A stretch of DNA of 64,000 bases, taken from assembly GCA_963793865.1 (NCBI GenBank), contig CAWCBP010000006.1, positions 64,001 to 128,000 of the forward strand, given 5' to 3'. The notes below the pieces were generated by a model. The model was not told where the DNA came from. It was given only the letters and a program-made list of their open reading frames with translations, and searched no databases. The stretch comes from an uncultured delta proteobacterium (GTDB lineage Bacteria > Desulfobacterota > WTBG01). Below, in pieces: positions 49,198-60,162 of this stretch (position 1 is the first letter of the stretch; each line of letters opens with the position of its first letter). A program made the translations under genes and the position numbers.

Positions 49198-51053
49198 TTA
49201 AAAAATGATGGAAAAGGTGTAGCAATCGTCCTCGAGCTGACTCTGCATCGGGTAACCGCACATGTGGAGAACATGCATCATGATCTTGTTCTCCTTGAGC
49301 ACCTGTCCCCGGAATCCCTTAATCCCCCTGCCTTTGGCGATTTCTATCAGATAGCGGAGCAGGAAGCTGCCAATGCCCAGCATCTGGTAGCTGTCCCGGA
49401 CGATGAAGGCAATCTCAGCCATGTTTGAAGTGCGGTCGAGGAAATAGCGGCCGAGGGCGACCATCAGGTCTCGGTCGTCCTTTTTAATCAGGGCCGATGA
49501 TGGCCATTTCTTCGTCGTAGTCGGGATTGACCATGTGCTGCAGGGTGCTGGAGGGCATGGAAACCTGGTGGGTGAAAAAACGCTGGTAAAAGCTCTTATC
49601 TGACAGGGAATAAAAAAATTCCTTCATCAGGGACTCATCAGTTTGCTTCACCGGTCTGAAGAATACATCCAGATTGTGGTCGAAGCGCTCCGTGGCCTCG
49701 AGCTCCTCGGGATAGGGCAGGCCCTTTTCCGGCAGCTCCAGATCTGCAGGCACGTAGCAGCGCGCCTTGGCAAAGTGCAGCAGCTCCTGCCTGAACCGGG
49801 GGTGGGCAATATTGATGAGCGCGATGGCCCGCTCGCGTATGGACTTGCCGTGCAGGTAGGCTACCCCGTACTCGGTTACCACGTAGTGGACGTCTCCCCG
49901 GGAGGTCACTACCCCTGCTGCTTCGCTCAGGTGGGGCACGATGCGGGAAACGGTGCCGTCCCTGGCAGTGGAGGGCAGGGCGATGATCGGCTTTCCCCCG
50001 CGCGATTTAGAGGCGCCGCGCATGAAATCAGCCTGGCCGCCGATTCCGCTGTGAAAGAGATAACCGAGCGACTCGGCGGTGACCTGTCCGGTGAGGTCAA
50101 TTTCCAAAGCGGAATTGATGGCCACCATCTTATCGTTGAGGCTGATGATGTAGGGGTTATTGACGTACTCACTGGGATGGAATTCGACCAGCGGGTTGTC
50201 GTTGACGAAGTCATAGAGTTTCTTGGTGCCCATGCAAAAGGTGGTGATAATCTTTCCGGGGTGGATGGTCTTTTTCTTATTGGTTATCACCCCGGCTTCA
50301 CACAGTTCAACAACGCCGTCTGAGATCATTTCAGAGTGGACACCCAGGTCCGTTTTATCCTTAAGGAACCCGATGATCGCATTCGGAATGGTGCCGATGC
50401 CCATTTGGATGGTCGAGCCATTTTCTATGAATCGGGAGATATTTCTCGCGATGCGCTCGGCTATGTCATCGGGAGGGGCGGGAGGGACCTCGGGGATGGG
50501 GGCATCGTGCTCAACCAGAACGTCGAGCTGATCGACGGAAATGCGAGTGTCTCCGTAGGTCCGCGGCATCTGCGGGTTTACCTCGGCAATAACAATCCTG
50601 GCACTTTCCGCCGCCGATTTAACCACATCAACTGAAATTCCCAGGCAGCAAAGGCCGTGCTCATCCGGCGGTGTAACCTGTATCAGGGCCGCGTCGATAC
50701 GTATGCCGTGGGTTCTGAAGAGCTGCGGGCAGATCCGATAGAAAAACCGGGGTGTAATCCGCCCGTCCTTCGGCGATAGCGGTGCGGGTATTATTACCAA
50801 TGAAGAAGGTATTGCAGCGAAAATTGTTACAGAATTCCTCGTTGGTGTAAGGTGTGCCGCCTATGGTCAGGATATGTATGATCTCGGTATCCCTCAGCTT
50901 GCTTCCGATATCAACCAGGGTCTGAACCAGCAGGCTCGGCACGGCGCAGCCTGAACCGATAAATATTCTATCCCCCGGTCTGATGCGTTGAAGTGCTGAC
51001 TTCGGGTCTTTCAGCTTGTGGCGGTATTTGCTTTTCCATTCATGGGAGGTCAT
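49198..51053 (-). CDS. Acetyl-CoA hydrolase/transferase fused to a C-terminal GNAT domain, split by two +1 frameshifts
   Basis: ORFs 50661-51053, 49484-50800 and 49198-49464 join if one base is removed from GGG 50727-29 and from GGG 49491-93. Motifs LGVHSEM, SGIGGQADF, VTEYG, AEIAFIVRD.YQ..GIG. Confidence 0.85.
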
Positions 51054-51161
51054 CTGTATTCCCCTCGAAGTGCCATGCTTAATAATAACCCATGCATGCC
51101 TGCCTGCGCAAATGAAATTGTTTAACGCTGTATGAGGAGCGCGTGGTAAGAAAAGGATCCG

Positions 51162-52382
51162 CTATCTTCGCGTACCGTCCTTTAAGACCAGATAATACAG
51201 CATGCCCGGGTGTTTCATGCGGCTTGCCATGTACTCTGCCTGCGCTCCCGTTCCCCAGAAGAGGTCGACCCGGCTCGTTCCTATGATTGCTCCCCCCTCG
51301 TCCTGGTTGAGCACAAATCCCGACCAGGGTGTTGCCGTGCCACGCCCCGATGCCGGGGGCGAAGGGACAGAAGTGATGATGTAGGACAGTGCCCCCGCCG
51401 GGAAAATCTGCCGGTCGCTGGCAATTGATCTTCCCGGGGTGAGGGGTACGCCCAGGGACCCCGATGCCGCGGCCGTGCGCATGCTGAAAAAGGTGTAGCG
51501 CTCATTTCGGTTGAGGTACGACTGCAGCTTGTCAGGGTGCATCGAGAAGTATCTTCGAATGGAATCCATTGATGCCTGGTGACGATCAATAATGCCGTCC
51601 CTGATCATTTCTTCACCCAGCGAACGATAGGGAAGATAGTTGCTTCCCGCAAAGTGGACGTCACGCCGCCGGCCGTCGGGAAGGCGGATTGTACCTGATC
51701 CCTGTATGTGGAGGAGATAGCTGTCGAAGGGATCTTTCAGAAAAGCGATTTCGCAGCCGCTGCCCCGCAAAACCCCCTCCTGGTCAATTTGCTCCCGGGT
51801 GTAGTAGGGAAGCTGCCGCCCGTTTACCATTCGTACCGCCTTTTTCGGTCCGCCCGGCTTCGGCTCCAGCACCAGAAGATCATCCGGGGGCCGATACAGG
51901 GGATAGCGGTAGACCCGGTTTGCCGTGAGGCTTCCCTCCACCTCCGGCAGATAGTAGCCGGTGAAGGTGACGGCACCCGTCCCGTTTTCACCGCTGGACT
52001 GATAAAGGTCGAAATTGTCCTTGATAATCCGGGTCAAATCCTTGTCCTTGTTCTCCCTGAGAATGGTTAAGAACGCCTCAAGCGTTGCTCTGATTTTTTG
52101 GGCTGAAATGGTCGTAGTGCCGAAGGAATATTCCGCAGGCTTCTTGAGCCGGGCAAAATAATCAATCTGATGGTTCAGGGCGCGGCACAATTCGTCCTTG
52201 TCGCCGCTGTCAGAAAACCGGGGGTACTCCCGGGGGGAAAGGCGTATAAGCGGGGAAGAGGGTTTTCCCGAAAGGGGAGGGGGCATGGGGGGCAACGTGG
52301 TCACGCGGTGACAATTAAGGAGAATAAGTGACCCGATGATGAGCGACAGTTTCAGCAAAGGGGTGAGATTCGAAGTTCTCAT
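51162..52382 (-). CDS. mltA: Membrane-bound lytic murein transglycosylase A
   Basis: FTGYY.P, LHIQGSG, NERYTFF, RSIASD, QDEGGAI...RVDLFWG. Confidence 0.92.
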   Translation of the reverse strand: MRTSNLTPLLKLSLIIGSLILLNCHRVTTLPPMPPPLSGKPSSPLIRLSPREYPRFSDSGDKDELCRALNHQIDYFARLKKPAEYSFGTTTISAQKIRATLEAFLTILRENKDKDLTRIIKDNFDLYQSSGENGTGAVTFTGYYLPEVEGSLTANRVYRYPLYRPPDDLLVLEPKPGGPKKAVRMVNGRQLPYYTREQIDQEGVLRGSGCEIAFLKDPFDSYLLHIQGSGTIRLPDGRRRDVHFAGSNYLPYRSLGEEMIRDGIIDRHQASMDSIRRYFSMHPDKLQSYLNRNERYTFFSMRTAAASGSLGVPLTPGRSIASDRQIFPAGALSYIITSVPSPPASGRGTATPWSGFVLNQDEGGAIIGTSRVDLFWGTGAQAEYMASRMKHPGMLYYLVLKDGTRR

Positions 52383-53404
52383 AGTTTTTCCACGGCGGTT
52401 CTCAGTTCGCGGTACGCGGAGCACAGGTCGTGCTGCAGCAGCTTCTTCAGGCTTGTGACTGCGGCGGGCATGTAGGAGACGAAGTGCGTTTTTCCCTTCA
52501 CCATGGAAAGAAAGGCAAAGGCTCCGAGCATCTGCATGTTTCTGTGCAGGGCAATGATCCGGTAATCGTCCAGAAAGGTGCTGCTCTCGACCGGCATGAG
52601 TTTTTCCAGCTGTTCAAGATAGTAATGAAGCAGCTTTTCCCGCATCTCCTCCGTTAGATCAACATAGGGATCAAGCAGCAGGGAAGCGAGGTCATAATGA
52701 AGCGGCCCCACCCGCGCGCCCTGGAAATCAATCCATCGCAGCTCCCCGCGCGTGATCATGATATTTTTAGACTGGAAGTCGCGGTAGAGAAAAAAACCGG
52801 CCTCGACAGTGGATAGCGCTTCAGCCAGGGCGTCCAGTTCGCCTGCCATTCGCTCTTCCCGAAAGGCGCATTTGCAATAACCGCTCAGAAAGAAGTTGAG
52901 GAAGTAGCCCGATTCCCAGCGGCGAACGAATCTTTTCTCGTAGGGCGGACTGTGAATCTGCGCACTGTCAAAACCTTCGGCGGCTTTAACCTGCATCTGC
53001 GGCAGCACGGCAAGCACCCTGCGGTAAAGCGCTTCCAGTTCCGGGGGATTGTCTTTAAGCACAAGTGCCCTGTCCTGCAGGTGGACATCTCCCAGGTCCT
53101 CAAGGATAAACCATCCGTGCTCCCTGTCGCATGCGTGTATTGCCGGTGCGGCGAAACCCCTGTTCCGCAGGTGATTGCAGATGTAAGCGAACGAGTCGTT
53201 TTCATTGACACCCCTCTCATTCGCAGGCGGGTGCTCGTTCACTGCCAGGATGACCGAGCCCCCGGGGTAAACAAGGCGGTAGAGCATGCGGTCTGACCCG
53301 TCTCCGGCAAGCGATTTCCGGCTGATGGTACGCGCGTCAATCCCCTCCCGGGAGAGGTAATCGTGAGCAAACGATAAGGACGGTGAACAAGGATCGCTTT
53401 GCAT
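52379..53404 (-). CDS. amgK: Anomeric MurNAc/GlcNAc kinase-like phosphotransferase (AmgK family)
   Basis: LAGDGSDR, LEDLGD, RDFQSKNIM, IDFQGA, YDLASLL.D; adjacent to a nucleotidyltransferase. Confidence 0.8.
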   Translation of the reverse strand: MQSDPCSPSLSFAHDYLSREGIDARTISRKSLAGDGSDRMLYRLVYPGGSVILAVNEHPPANERGVNENDSFAYICNHLRNRGFAAPAIHACDREHGWFILEDLGDVHLQDRALVLKDNPPELEALYRRVLAVLPQMQVKAAEGFDSAQIHSPPYEKRFVRRWESGYFLNFFLSGYCKCAFREERMAGELDALAEALSTVEAGFFLYRDFQSKNIMITRGELRWIDFQGARVGPLHYDLASLLLDPYVDLTEEMREKLLHYYLEQLEKLMPVESSTFLDDYRIIALHRNMQMLGAFAFLSMVKGKTHFVSYMPAAVTSLKKLLQHDLCSAYRELRTAVEKL

Positions 53405-53425
53405 TAAAGTATGTTTTTACCCAAT

Positions 53426-54376
53426 CTATACAACTGTTTGATTTTCCGTTGAATTATTAACTGAAGCTCCATCGCCGATGATGCAGTTGCGGATGGTACA
53501 ATTGTCGTTGATGGACACGTTATCCCAGATGATGGAGTCAGTGATGCTGCAGTTGCGTCCGATGCGGCTATTCTTTCCCAGCGAAACATACCCCCCGAGG
53601 GTCGTGCCTTCCCCGATGGCGGATCCATTGGCCGCGGGTGCCGGAAGCGTGACGGTATCTGCGAGGTGCATCCTGTTTTCGTAAATGTCCCGGTGAATGC
53701 AATGGTAGTCTTCAAGGGTACCGATGTCGCGCCAATAGTGATCCCTGGTGCGATGGCCGCGGATATTCAGCCCCCGGGCTGCGAGATCCCCATAGATCTC
53801 TATAATGTCAACATACCGGAGGGGAGGGATTTCATCAAGCAGTTGCGGCGATATGATGTGGATGCCGGTAAAAGCCAGCAAGGTGGTCGCGGATGATGTC
53901 TTCCGCACATTTTTGTCCCTCATGCCCACAATTGTTCCTTCCCCGTCCACTGCAACATTATTGAAGCGGGGATACTCATGGAGTATCAGCGTTGCCAGAT
54001 TGCCGTTTGCCACATGCGTCCGGTACGCCGCCATGAGATCCACGGTGTGAAGAATGTCACCGTTCACCACCAGAAAGGGCTCCTGCCCCCAGAACCACTC
54101 CACCTTTTTAACGGCCCCGCCGGTGCCGAGCAGGTCGGGTTCGTGGCTGTGGCTGAGTGACGCCCCCGAACCGGTATGATGCTCGAGGAAGTCGGTTATC
54201 TGCCGGCTGAGGTGGTGGCTGTTTACCATGATCTCCCGCACACCCGCCTTGACCAACCGCTCCACGGTTATGTGCAGCAGCGGCACCGTGTATACCGGAA
54301 AGAGAGGCTTTGGCCTCAGGGCGGTTAGGGGCCGCAGGCGTGTTCCCGTGCCGGCAGCGAGTATCATTGCCTTCAT
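53426..54376 (-). CDS. murU: NDP-sugar pyrophosphorylase, MurU-like
   Basis: MKAMILAAGTGTRLRPLT..PKPL, VNGD, WRDIGT, hexapeptide tail. Confidence 0.75.
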   Translation of the reverse strand: MKAMILAAGTGTRLRPLTALRPKPLFPVYTVPLLHITVERLVKAGVREIMVNSHHLSRQITDFLEHHTGSGASLSHSHEPDLLGTGGAVKKVEWFWGQEPFLVVNGDILHTVDLMAAYRTHVANGNLATLILHEYPRFNNVAVDGEGTIVGMRDKNVRKTSSATTLLAFTGIHIISPQLLDEIPPLRYVDIIEIYGDLAARGLNIRGHRTRDHYWRDIGTLEDYHCIHRDIYENRMHLADTVTLPAPAANGSAIGEGTTLGGYVSLGKNSRIGRNCSITDSIIWDNVSINDNCTIRNCIIGDGASVNNSTENQTVV

Positions 54377-55566
54377 CTGTCCGCTCTCAACTCACGATAG
54401 AGGTGATACCTTTGTGTGTGCTCTTTGAATGACAGCAGGTCTTCCTGCCAGGATGACTCAAGCTCCTCGAGCGGCCGCTGCCGCTCAATCGCCTCCCGTA
54501 CTGCCCGGTCTCCCGCAATGATATCTATGGGCATGTTCTCCTCTTCGTATTCATAGGGAGGATGGGACCACGAGAACTGCTGCGGATAAAGCGACTGCAC
54601 GTCCTGCAGGAGGGCGAGGGTGGTTGCGTAGGGTTTGAAACTGCGGGGGTCGCCAACATGAAGCTGCAGGCCGCCGCAGACCCGGCCCTGCCACTTGTTA
54701 AAGGTGGGCTGGAAATAGGCCTCGCGCAGAATGACCCCCGGCAGGCGCCTCCCTTCCATCTTTTCCTTGAGCAGGAAGGGTTCGATGAACGGTGCCCCGG
54801 AGATTTCGAAGGGTCTGGTCGTGCCCCTGCCTTCGGAGAGGTTGGTTCCCTCCAGAAGCACCTGACCGGGATACACCAGTGCCGTTTCGGGAGACGGCAT
54901 GTTGGGAGAGGGGGGGACCCAGGTGAGGCCGGTTTCTCCGAAGAGCATGTTTCGCCGCCATCCCTCAAGGGAGATCACCTCGAGCTCGCAGTGGATGCCG
55001 TAGAGATCGTTGAATAGAAGGGCAAGTTCCCCGATGGTCAGGCCGTGCCGCATGGGAAGCGGATAGACACCGACAAAGGAGCGGCAGTCATCCCTGAGCA
55101 GATTCCCCTCGATCTGTTCGCCCCCGATGGGATTGGGCCGGTCCAGCACCACCACCTTTTTGCCCCGGCCTGCCGCAGCCTGAAGACAATAGGCCATGGT
55201 CGAAATAAAGGTGTACACCCGGGTCCCGACGTCCTGCAGGTCGATTATGAGGATGTCAATGAGGTCCAGCATGTCAGCGGTAGGAGAGCGGGATGCACCA
55301 TAGAGGCTGAATGCGGGTATGTTAAAACGGGGATGGATAAAATCGGAGGACTCAACCATGTTATCCTGCTTTTCCCCCCGTATGCCGTGCTGCGGCCCGA
55401 AGAGCGCCCTGATTGAGCGGGGATACGCACCCACCAGCAGGTCCGCTGTATGCCGGAGACGGCTGTCAACGGATGCCTGGTTGACCAGCACCCCGATGCG
55501 CTTTTCCCTGAGCCACAGGGGAGGGTTCTTAAGCAGTGCTTCTATGCCCGGTTGCACGGCGGTCAT
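54373..55566 (-). CDS. namZ: DUF1343 exo-beta-N-acetylmuramidase (NamZ/YbbC family)
   Basis: LFGPQHG, DLQDVGTRVYT, LDRPNP, RHGLTIGE, PSPNM, SEGRGTT. Confidence 0.88.
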   Translation of the reverse strand: MTAVQPGIEALLKNPPLWLREKRIGVLVNQASVDSRLRHTADLLVGAYPRSIRALFGPQHGIRGEKQDNMVESSDFIHPRFNIPAFSLYGASRSPTADMLDLIDILIIDLQDVGTRVYTFISTMAYCLQAAAGRGKKVVVLDRPNPIGGEQIEGNLLRDDCRSFVGVYPLPMRHGLTIGELALLFNDLYGIHCELEVISLEGWRRNMLFGETGLTWVPPSPNMPSPETALVYPGQVLLEGTNLSEGRGTTRPFEISGAPFIEPFLLKEKMEGRRLPGVILREAYFQPTFNKWQGRVCGGLQLHVGDPRSFKPYATTLALLQDVQSLYPQQFSWSHPPYEYEEENMPIDIIAGDRAVREAIERQRPLEELESSWQEDLLSFKEHTQRYHLYRELRADR

Positions 55567-57122
55567 GGCTGTATCCTGAAAGGGAGCTTTCCCGGCGCCG
55601 GGGCTTTTCCAAATATGACCTGAACCAGCGCCAGGATCTGTGTTTTCCTCATACCGTAAGCGGTCAGGCAGGTTTCGCCGGGAGCGATAAGCGTGTAATC
55701 GAAAGGATTGTCGAGCAGCACGAAGATGGGCTGCCGCCGGCGCTCCCGGATTGTATGGATGAGGTTCTGCTGACCCCTGTTACCCCGCGCGTCGGACAGG
55801 AAGATAATGCAGGGGCTCTGCCTGTCCGCGGCGGCCGCGATTCGCTCAACATCGTCCTGTGCCGGGTCAATGGGGAAAAAATGAAAGGAACATCTGCCGG
55901 GGAAGCACTCCCTGCATGCCCTGATAATCGGATGGCGCACAGACGGGTCATACCCGTCCTCGAGCACCGGTGTCGAAGAAAGGTCCGGAATGATTAGCTG
56001 TATCTCATCCGTCGCTGCGATGTCGATGGGCAGCGTCCCTGTGCCGGCGGCAATGACCGTTACTGCTTCCCGGGCGATTGCCTGCGCCAGCGCTTCCGGC
56101 GCCGCGTCAGGAAAATGTTCGTGTGCGGAAATCGGTGCCGAGCAGAAATCCCTGAGGGCGGAGATTCTTCTCACGCTTTCGTCTAGGCCGTCCTGCGCCG
56201 GCCCTGATCGTGAGTAGCCGTCAAGCAGGGCATACAAGCCGGCTTTTTGTCGCCCATAGTCCTTGCAGATGAGCAGCACATCGTGTCCGGCCTTAATCGT
56301 CCTGAGGCAGGATTCCCCGATGGGAAAATGCCGTGCTATGGCGCCCATTTCCAGATCGTCGGAAAAGACAAGGCCGTCGTAGCCGCACCTCCTCCGGATA
56401 TAATCAGCTACAATGGCTGCCGAGAAGGTTGCGGGTATGGACCCGCCGCCGTCAAGGCCGGGACAGCAGAGGTGGGTAGACATAATGCCGTTTATGTCGT
56501 CTGCCATGAGCTTTCTGAACGGAAGTCGGTGAATCGCTTCGAATGCGTCTTCGGAAAGGGAAACGGCGGGAAGATCGAGGTGGGGATCAACCTGCGCGGC
56601 ACCCATGCCCGGGAAGTGCTTGGCAACGGCGGCCATGCCCGCCGTCCGGGTTCCCCGGGCGAATGCAACAGCCATTTCAGCAACCTTTTCCGGATCATCT
56701 CCGAATGATCGGGTGGTGATACCGGGATTATAGGCTGTAGTGAGCACATCAACCACCGGGGCCAGGTTGATGTCAATTCCGAGTGTTTTGAGCTGCATGG
56801 CCGAGGTGAAGCCCTGGTTGAATGCCAGATCAGGTGAGCCGGCGGCGCCGAGCGCCATGTTCCCCGGGAATACGGTTATGTCCCGTGCAAAACGAATAAC
56901 CCGTCCGCCTTCCTGGTCTACGGCTATCAGGGGCGACGGTGAGACCAGTTGCTTGAGACCGGCGATCAATTCTGTGACCTGCCCCGCCGAAGATATGTTT
57001 CGCGAGAAGAGAATGATAAAACCCGGTTTGATTTCCTTAAGCTGCCTTTCTGTTTCAGGGTCAATTCCGGTGCCGCTGATGCCGATCATCAGCTGCTGAC
57101 CGACTTTTTCTTTCAGGTCCAT
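55563..57122 (-). CDS. nagZ: Beta-N-acetylhexosaminidase GH3
   Basis: AVDQEGGRV, NLAPVVDV, RSFG, KHFPGMG...DPH, SDDLEM. Confidence 0.92.
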   Translation of the reverse strand: MDLKEKVGQQLMIGISGTGIDPETERQLKEIKPGFIILFSRNISSAGQVTELIAGLKQLVSPSPLIAVDQEGGRVIRFARDITVFPGNMALGAAGSPDLAFNQGFTSAMQLKTLGIDINLAPVVDVLTTAYNPGITTRSFGDDPEKVAEMAVAFARGTRTAGMAAVAKHFPGMGAAQVDPHLDLPAVSLSEDAFEAIHRLPFRKLMADDINGIMSTHLCCPGLDGGGSIPATFSAAIVADYIRRRCGYDGLVFSDDLEMGAIARHFPIGESCLRTIKAGHDVLLICKDYGRQKAGLYALLDGYSRSGPAQDGLDESVRRISALRDFCSAPISAHEHFPDAAPEALAQAIAREAVTVIAAGTGTLPIDIAATDEIQLIIPDLSSTPVLEDGYDPSVRHPIIRACRECFPGRCSFHFFPIDPAQDDVERIAAAADRQSPCIIFLSDARGNRGQQNLIHTIRERRRQPIFVLLDNPFDYTLIAPGETCLTAYGMRKTQILALVQVIFGKAPAPGKLPFRIQP

Positions 57123-57152
57123 AGATTTAACACAAAAATGTTTGAAATTCCC

Positions 57153-57198
57153 GTAGGAGCGCCTTAGGCGCGAATACGCGGCTGAAAGCCGCCCCTAC
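57153..57198. repeat. GTAG-type REP doublet
   Basis: gtaggagcgccttaggcgcg...gcggctgaaagccgcccctac. Confidence 0.7.
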
Positions 57199-57449
57199 CG
57201 GTGCAATGTTTCTGAGAGAAAAATTCTTTGATTTGAGCGTAAGATTCTAAAGGAAGCGCAATCCGTCGCATTCGAACGCAGCTTTACACTGCCTGTCAAA
57301 GAGATATTCCCCCAGCAGGTAAACGCAATCTATTCTGAACGATAATAGAATGTTGTCAACTCTTTTTATAATAGTAAAAAGGGCATCCGTGGCTCATCTC
57401 TGAGCAGTTCACGGGTGCCCCCGGTGATGACAGGAAACCGGCAGTGCCG

Positions 57450-58418
57450 TTACTTCGACCCCTTGAAAAAGGTCTTGAGCATGGGGTCATCCGGATTGTT
57501 CAGGTAGTCCCCCAGCTTTGAAAGGGTGAGGCCCGGGTAGAAGGAGACAAGATTATCCAGCTCCTTTTTGGTCAGGACGCTGTCCGAGCTGGCCCGGAAC
57601 AGAATGACGTCGCTGTTGAAATATTCTTTTTTATACTTTTCCGGCTCGAGCTGGATGACATTCACCTTTTGCTTGAGCAGCTTGCCAAAGAGCTGCCCCA
57701 GTTCCATGTAGGTGAATATTTCAGGGCCCCCCAGGGGGATGATTTTATTGAAAACCTTTTTGTGATTGACGGAAGCTATCAGGATGGATGCCACGTCATC
57801 CTGGTGGAGCGGCTGCACTTTGTTTGTTCCCTCACCGACCACGTGGTACCGTCCCGCGATTGCCGCCGCGAGCAGATCGCGAAAATCGAAAAAGTAGCCG
57901 GACGGCCTGAGGATGGTATAGGGAATTTTTGATTCGATGATGCACTGCTCCGCCACTTTTTTAGCCAGGTGGGCGTGGTGAAAGGGGGGAATGTTTTCTC
58001 CCCGGGCAACGCCCAGCGCGCTGATGTAAATTATCTGTTTGACCCCCTCCTTTTTCGCGGCGTTGACGATGTTCTGCACGCCGGTTTGCTCAAGTTCGTA
58101 GGGGGTCAGCTTTTTTTCTCCCGGCGCTGTAAAGCGCGGCACGCCCACGGCGCAGACAACAACGGTATTGCCTTTGGTTGCCTTGGCTACCGCATCAGGG
58201 TCGGTGATGTCCGCGTCTTCACCGTGCAGGGGCTTAACCGCGGCAGGCAGGGATTTCAGCCTGGGTTCCTTTTTATCAAAGGCAGTTATTGATGAGGCCT
58301 TGCCGTGAGTGATGAGCAGCTCAAGTGCCTTGCTGCCGATGTTACCCGAGGATCCCACCAGGAGAATCTTTTCGCCCTTGGTATTTTTCCCGATGTCCGA
58401 AAAAAGCTTGCTTTCCAT
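57450..58418 (-). CDS. NmrA/SDR family NAD(P)-binding protein
   Basis: VGSSGNIG, YISALG, YTILRP, LGGPE. Confidence 0.88.
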   Translation of the reverse strand: MESKLFSDIGKNTKGEKILLVGSSGNIGSKALELLITHGKASSITAFDKKEPRLKSLPAAVKPLHGEDADITDPDAVAKATKGNTVVVCAVGVPRFTAPGEKKLTPYELEQTGVQNIVNAAKKEGVKQIIYISALGVARGENIPPFHHAHLAKKVAEQCIIESKIPYTILRPSGYFFDFRDLLAAAIAGRYHVVGEGTNKVQPLHQDDVASILIASVNHKKVFNKIIPLGGPEIFTYMELGQLFGKLLKQKVNVIQLEPEKYKKEYFNSDVILFRASSDSVLTKKELDNLVSFYPGLTLSKLGDYLNNPDDPMLKTFFKGSK

Positions 58419-58713
58419 GTCTCTGCCCTTCCTTTTTGTGAGATGAAGATAGGTTGCTGTGAAGAATGATACGTGGACCAGATGGTAATAGTATCACCAT
58501 GGTAAGTCAAGTGTTTTCCCTTCAGCTCCGTGTGATATTGTTGGCCCGAAGGCCGCATCAAGCGCAGCCCGCACAATAATGCTTTTGCCATTTTTCATCC
58601 ATCTGCTATAATCGCAGCTCATCATTGTAAGCGCTTGCGTTGAACTGCTGTGCTGCGTGCCTGATGTAAGGAAAACACTTATAGAAACGACTTTAAAAAA
58701 TTGATATATAGAA

Positions 58714-58781
58714 TGTCATTGCGAGCGACAGCGAAGCAAGCTCATGAGATTGCCGCGTCGCTTACGCTCCTCGCAATGACA
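58714..58781. repeat. REP/RPE-like palindromic element
   Basis: tgtcattgcgag...gaagcaa / gagattgc...ctcgcaatgaca. Confidence 0.8.
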
Positions 58782-58833
58782 ACCGTATGGCCTCGTTTAC
58801 TCCATTATAGTTAACCTGTATGAAAAGAGTTGC

Positions 58834-59067
58834 ATGGCGCTGATATCGTTTTTTAGAAATCCGGTCCTGGCAAAGCTGGTGGGAGCGATTGCCTGTGTGG
58901 CCTTCCTGCTCCCGCTGGTTCGCTTTAAGGGCTCAATCGCGTTCATTGTGTATGCCTCGATCATTGTTGTGCTGGCTGCAGCAGTAAGGTTTTATTTGAG
59001 GAGGAGAAGAAGGCGGCTTACCCCGCCCGAAGAAAATTATCTCAAGGACAGGTTTTATAAGCAGTAG
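58834..59067 (+). CDS. Small two-TM membrane protein
   Basis: Two hydrophobic helices followed by a poly-Arg tract. Confidence 0.6.
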   Translation: MALISFFRNPVLAKLVGAIACVAFLLPLVRFKGSIAFIVYASIIVVLAAAVRFYLRRRRRRLTPPEENYLKDRFYKQ

Positions 59068-59106
59068 CAACGTCAGTACATGCAGCTTTTTATAAAAGGA
59101 GGATCC

Positions 59107-60018
59107 ATGGAAGAAATGATATTTGCGGATGATGTGCGGGAGACGATGGATCAGTTTTTAGGGGTCATCCCTGATGCAACCAGGGCGTCGTACCGGAGCA
59201 GGCTGATGAGAGGAATCGAATACCAGGCACTTAAAAAGGGGGTCACCCTGGTCTCCAGGGACATGTTTATTGAGGCGATGGAGGGCACCTTTCCCAAGTC
59301 ATTTGATCCGCTCATTCGGCGATTCAAGGATCCGCAAGGGCTTTCAGAAATGGTGTCCCGGCAAAAAGCGGTTGACCGGGCGAATCCCCTGGTTAAAGTA
59401 AAACGCTGGGAGCTTCCACCGGTTGCCGCCCTGGACCGGCCGGTTAAAAAAGTTCTCGCCCTCCTGGCCGGCCCCCGCAAGAAGGGTAACACGGACTGCA
59501 TCATGGACGCCCTGCTTAAGGGCTGCACTGATGCCGGATGCGCGGTCGAAAAGCATTGCATGTCCGATCTCACCATCTCGCCCTGCATCGGCTGCATGGG
59601 CTGTGAAGCGAAACCGCTTGATACCTTCTGCGCGATTAAGGACGACATGACCGGCCTGTACAGAAGCTTTCTTGACTGCGACGCGTTTGTCATGGGGTTC
59701 CCGATCTATACCGGAAGGGAGTGCGCGCAGGCGGCCATCTTTTTTGACCGTCTCAAGGCGCTGCGCACCAGGGACCACATGGGTAAATTAGCCCGCAAAC
59801 GCAAGGGTGCGCTGGTAGTCACCTGGGGATGGCCTACGGATGATTCCTACGATCATGTGGTGGAAAATGCGGTGTTCATTTTGAAACTCTTCGGCATCAT
59901 CACCGCGGAGATTGTCACCGGGTCGGGATTCTGGGAGGCATATTACGGCAAAGGCATGGCAGAACTGGACAGGGAAGGCTTGGCGCAGGCAGTCGAAGCA
60001 GGGCGAGCCTTGGTGTGA
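59107..60018 (+). CDS. Iron-sulfur flavoprotein/flavodoxin family protein with an extra N-terminal helical domain
   Basis: GPRKKGNT, PCIGCMGC...CAIKDDM, GFPIY, FFDRL. Confidence 0.85.
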   Translation: MEEMIFADDVRETMDQFLGVIPDATRASYRSRLMRGIEYQALKKGVTLVSRDMFIEAMEGTFPKSFDPLIRRFKDPQGLSEMVSRQKAVDRANPLVKVKRWELPPVAALDRPVKKVLALLAGPRKKGNTDCIMDALLKGCTDAGCAVEKHCMSDLTISPCIGCMGCEAKPLDTFCAIKDDMTGLYRSFLDCDAFVMGFPIYTGRECAQAAIFFDRLKALRTRDHMGKLARKRKGALVVTWGWPTDDSYDHVVENAVFILKLFGIITAEIVTGSGFWEAYYGKGMAELDREGLAQAVEAGRALV

Positions 60019-60072
60019 GGAATGCGATTGCGATGTGAGATATGGGATGTGGGATCAGTCTTGTCCAAAAAC

Positions 60073-60162
60073 GAGATTGCCGCGCTTCGCTCGCAATGAC
60101 AAAAGCAAGCAATGAAGCACCCATGGGGTCATTGCGAGGAGCATAAGCGACGAAGCAATCTC
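60073..60162. repeat. REP/RPE-like half-elements, back to back
   Basis: gagattgc...ctcgcaatgac then gtcattgcgagg...gaagcaatctc. Confidence 0.8.
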
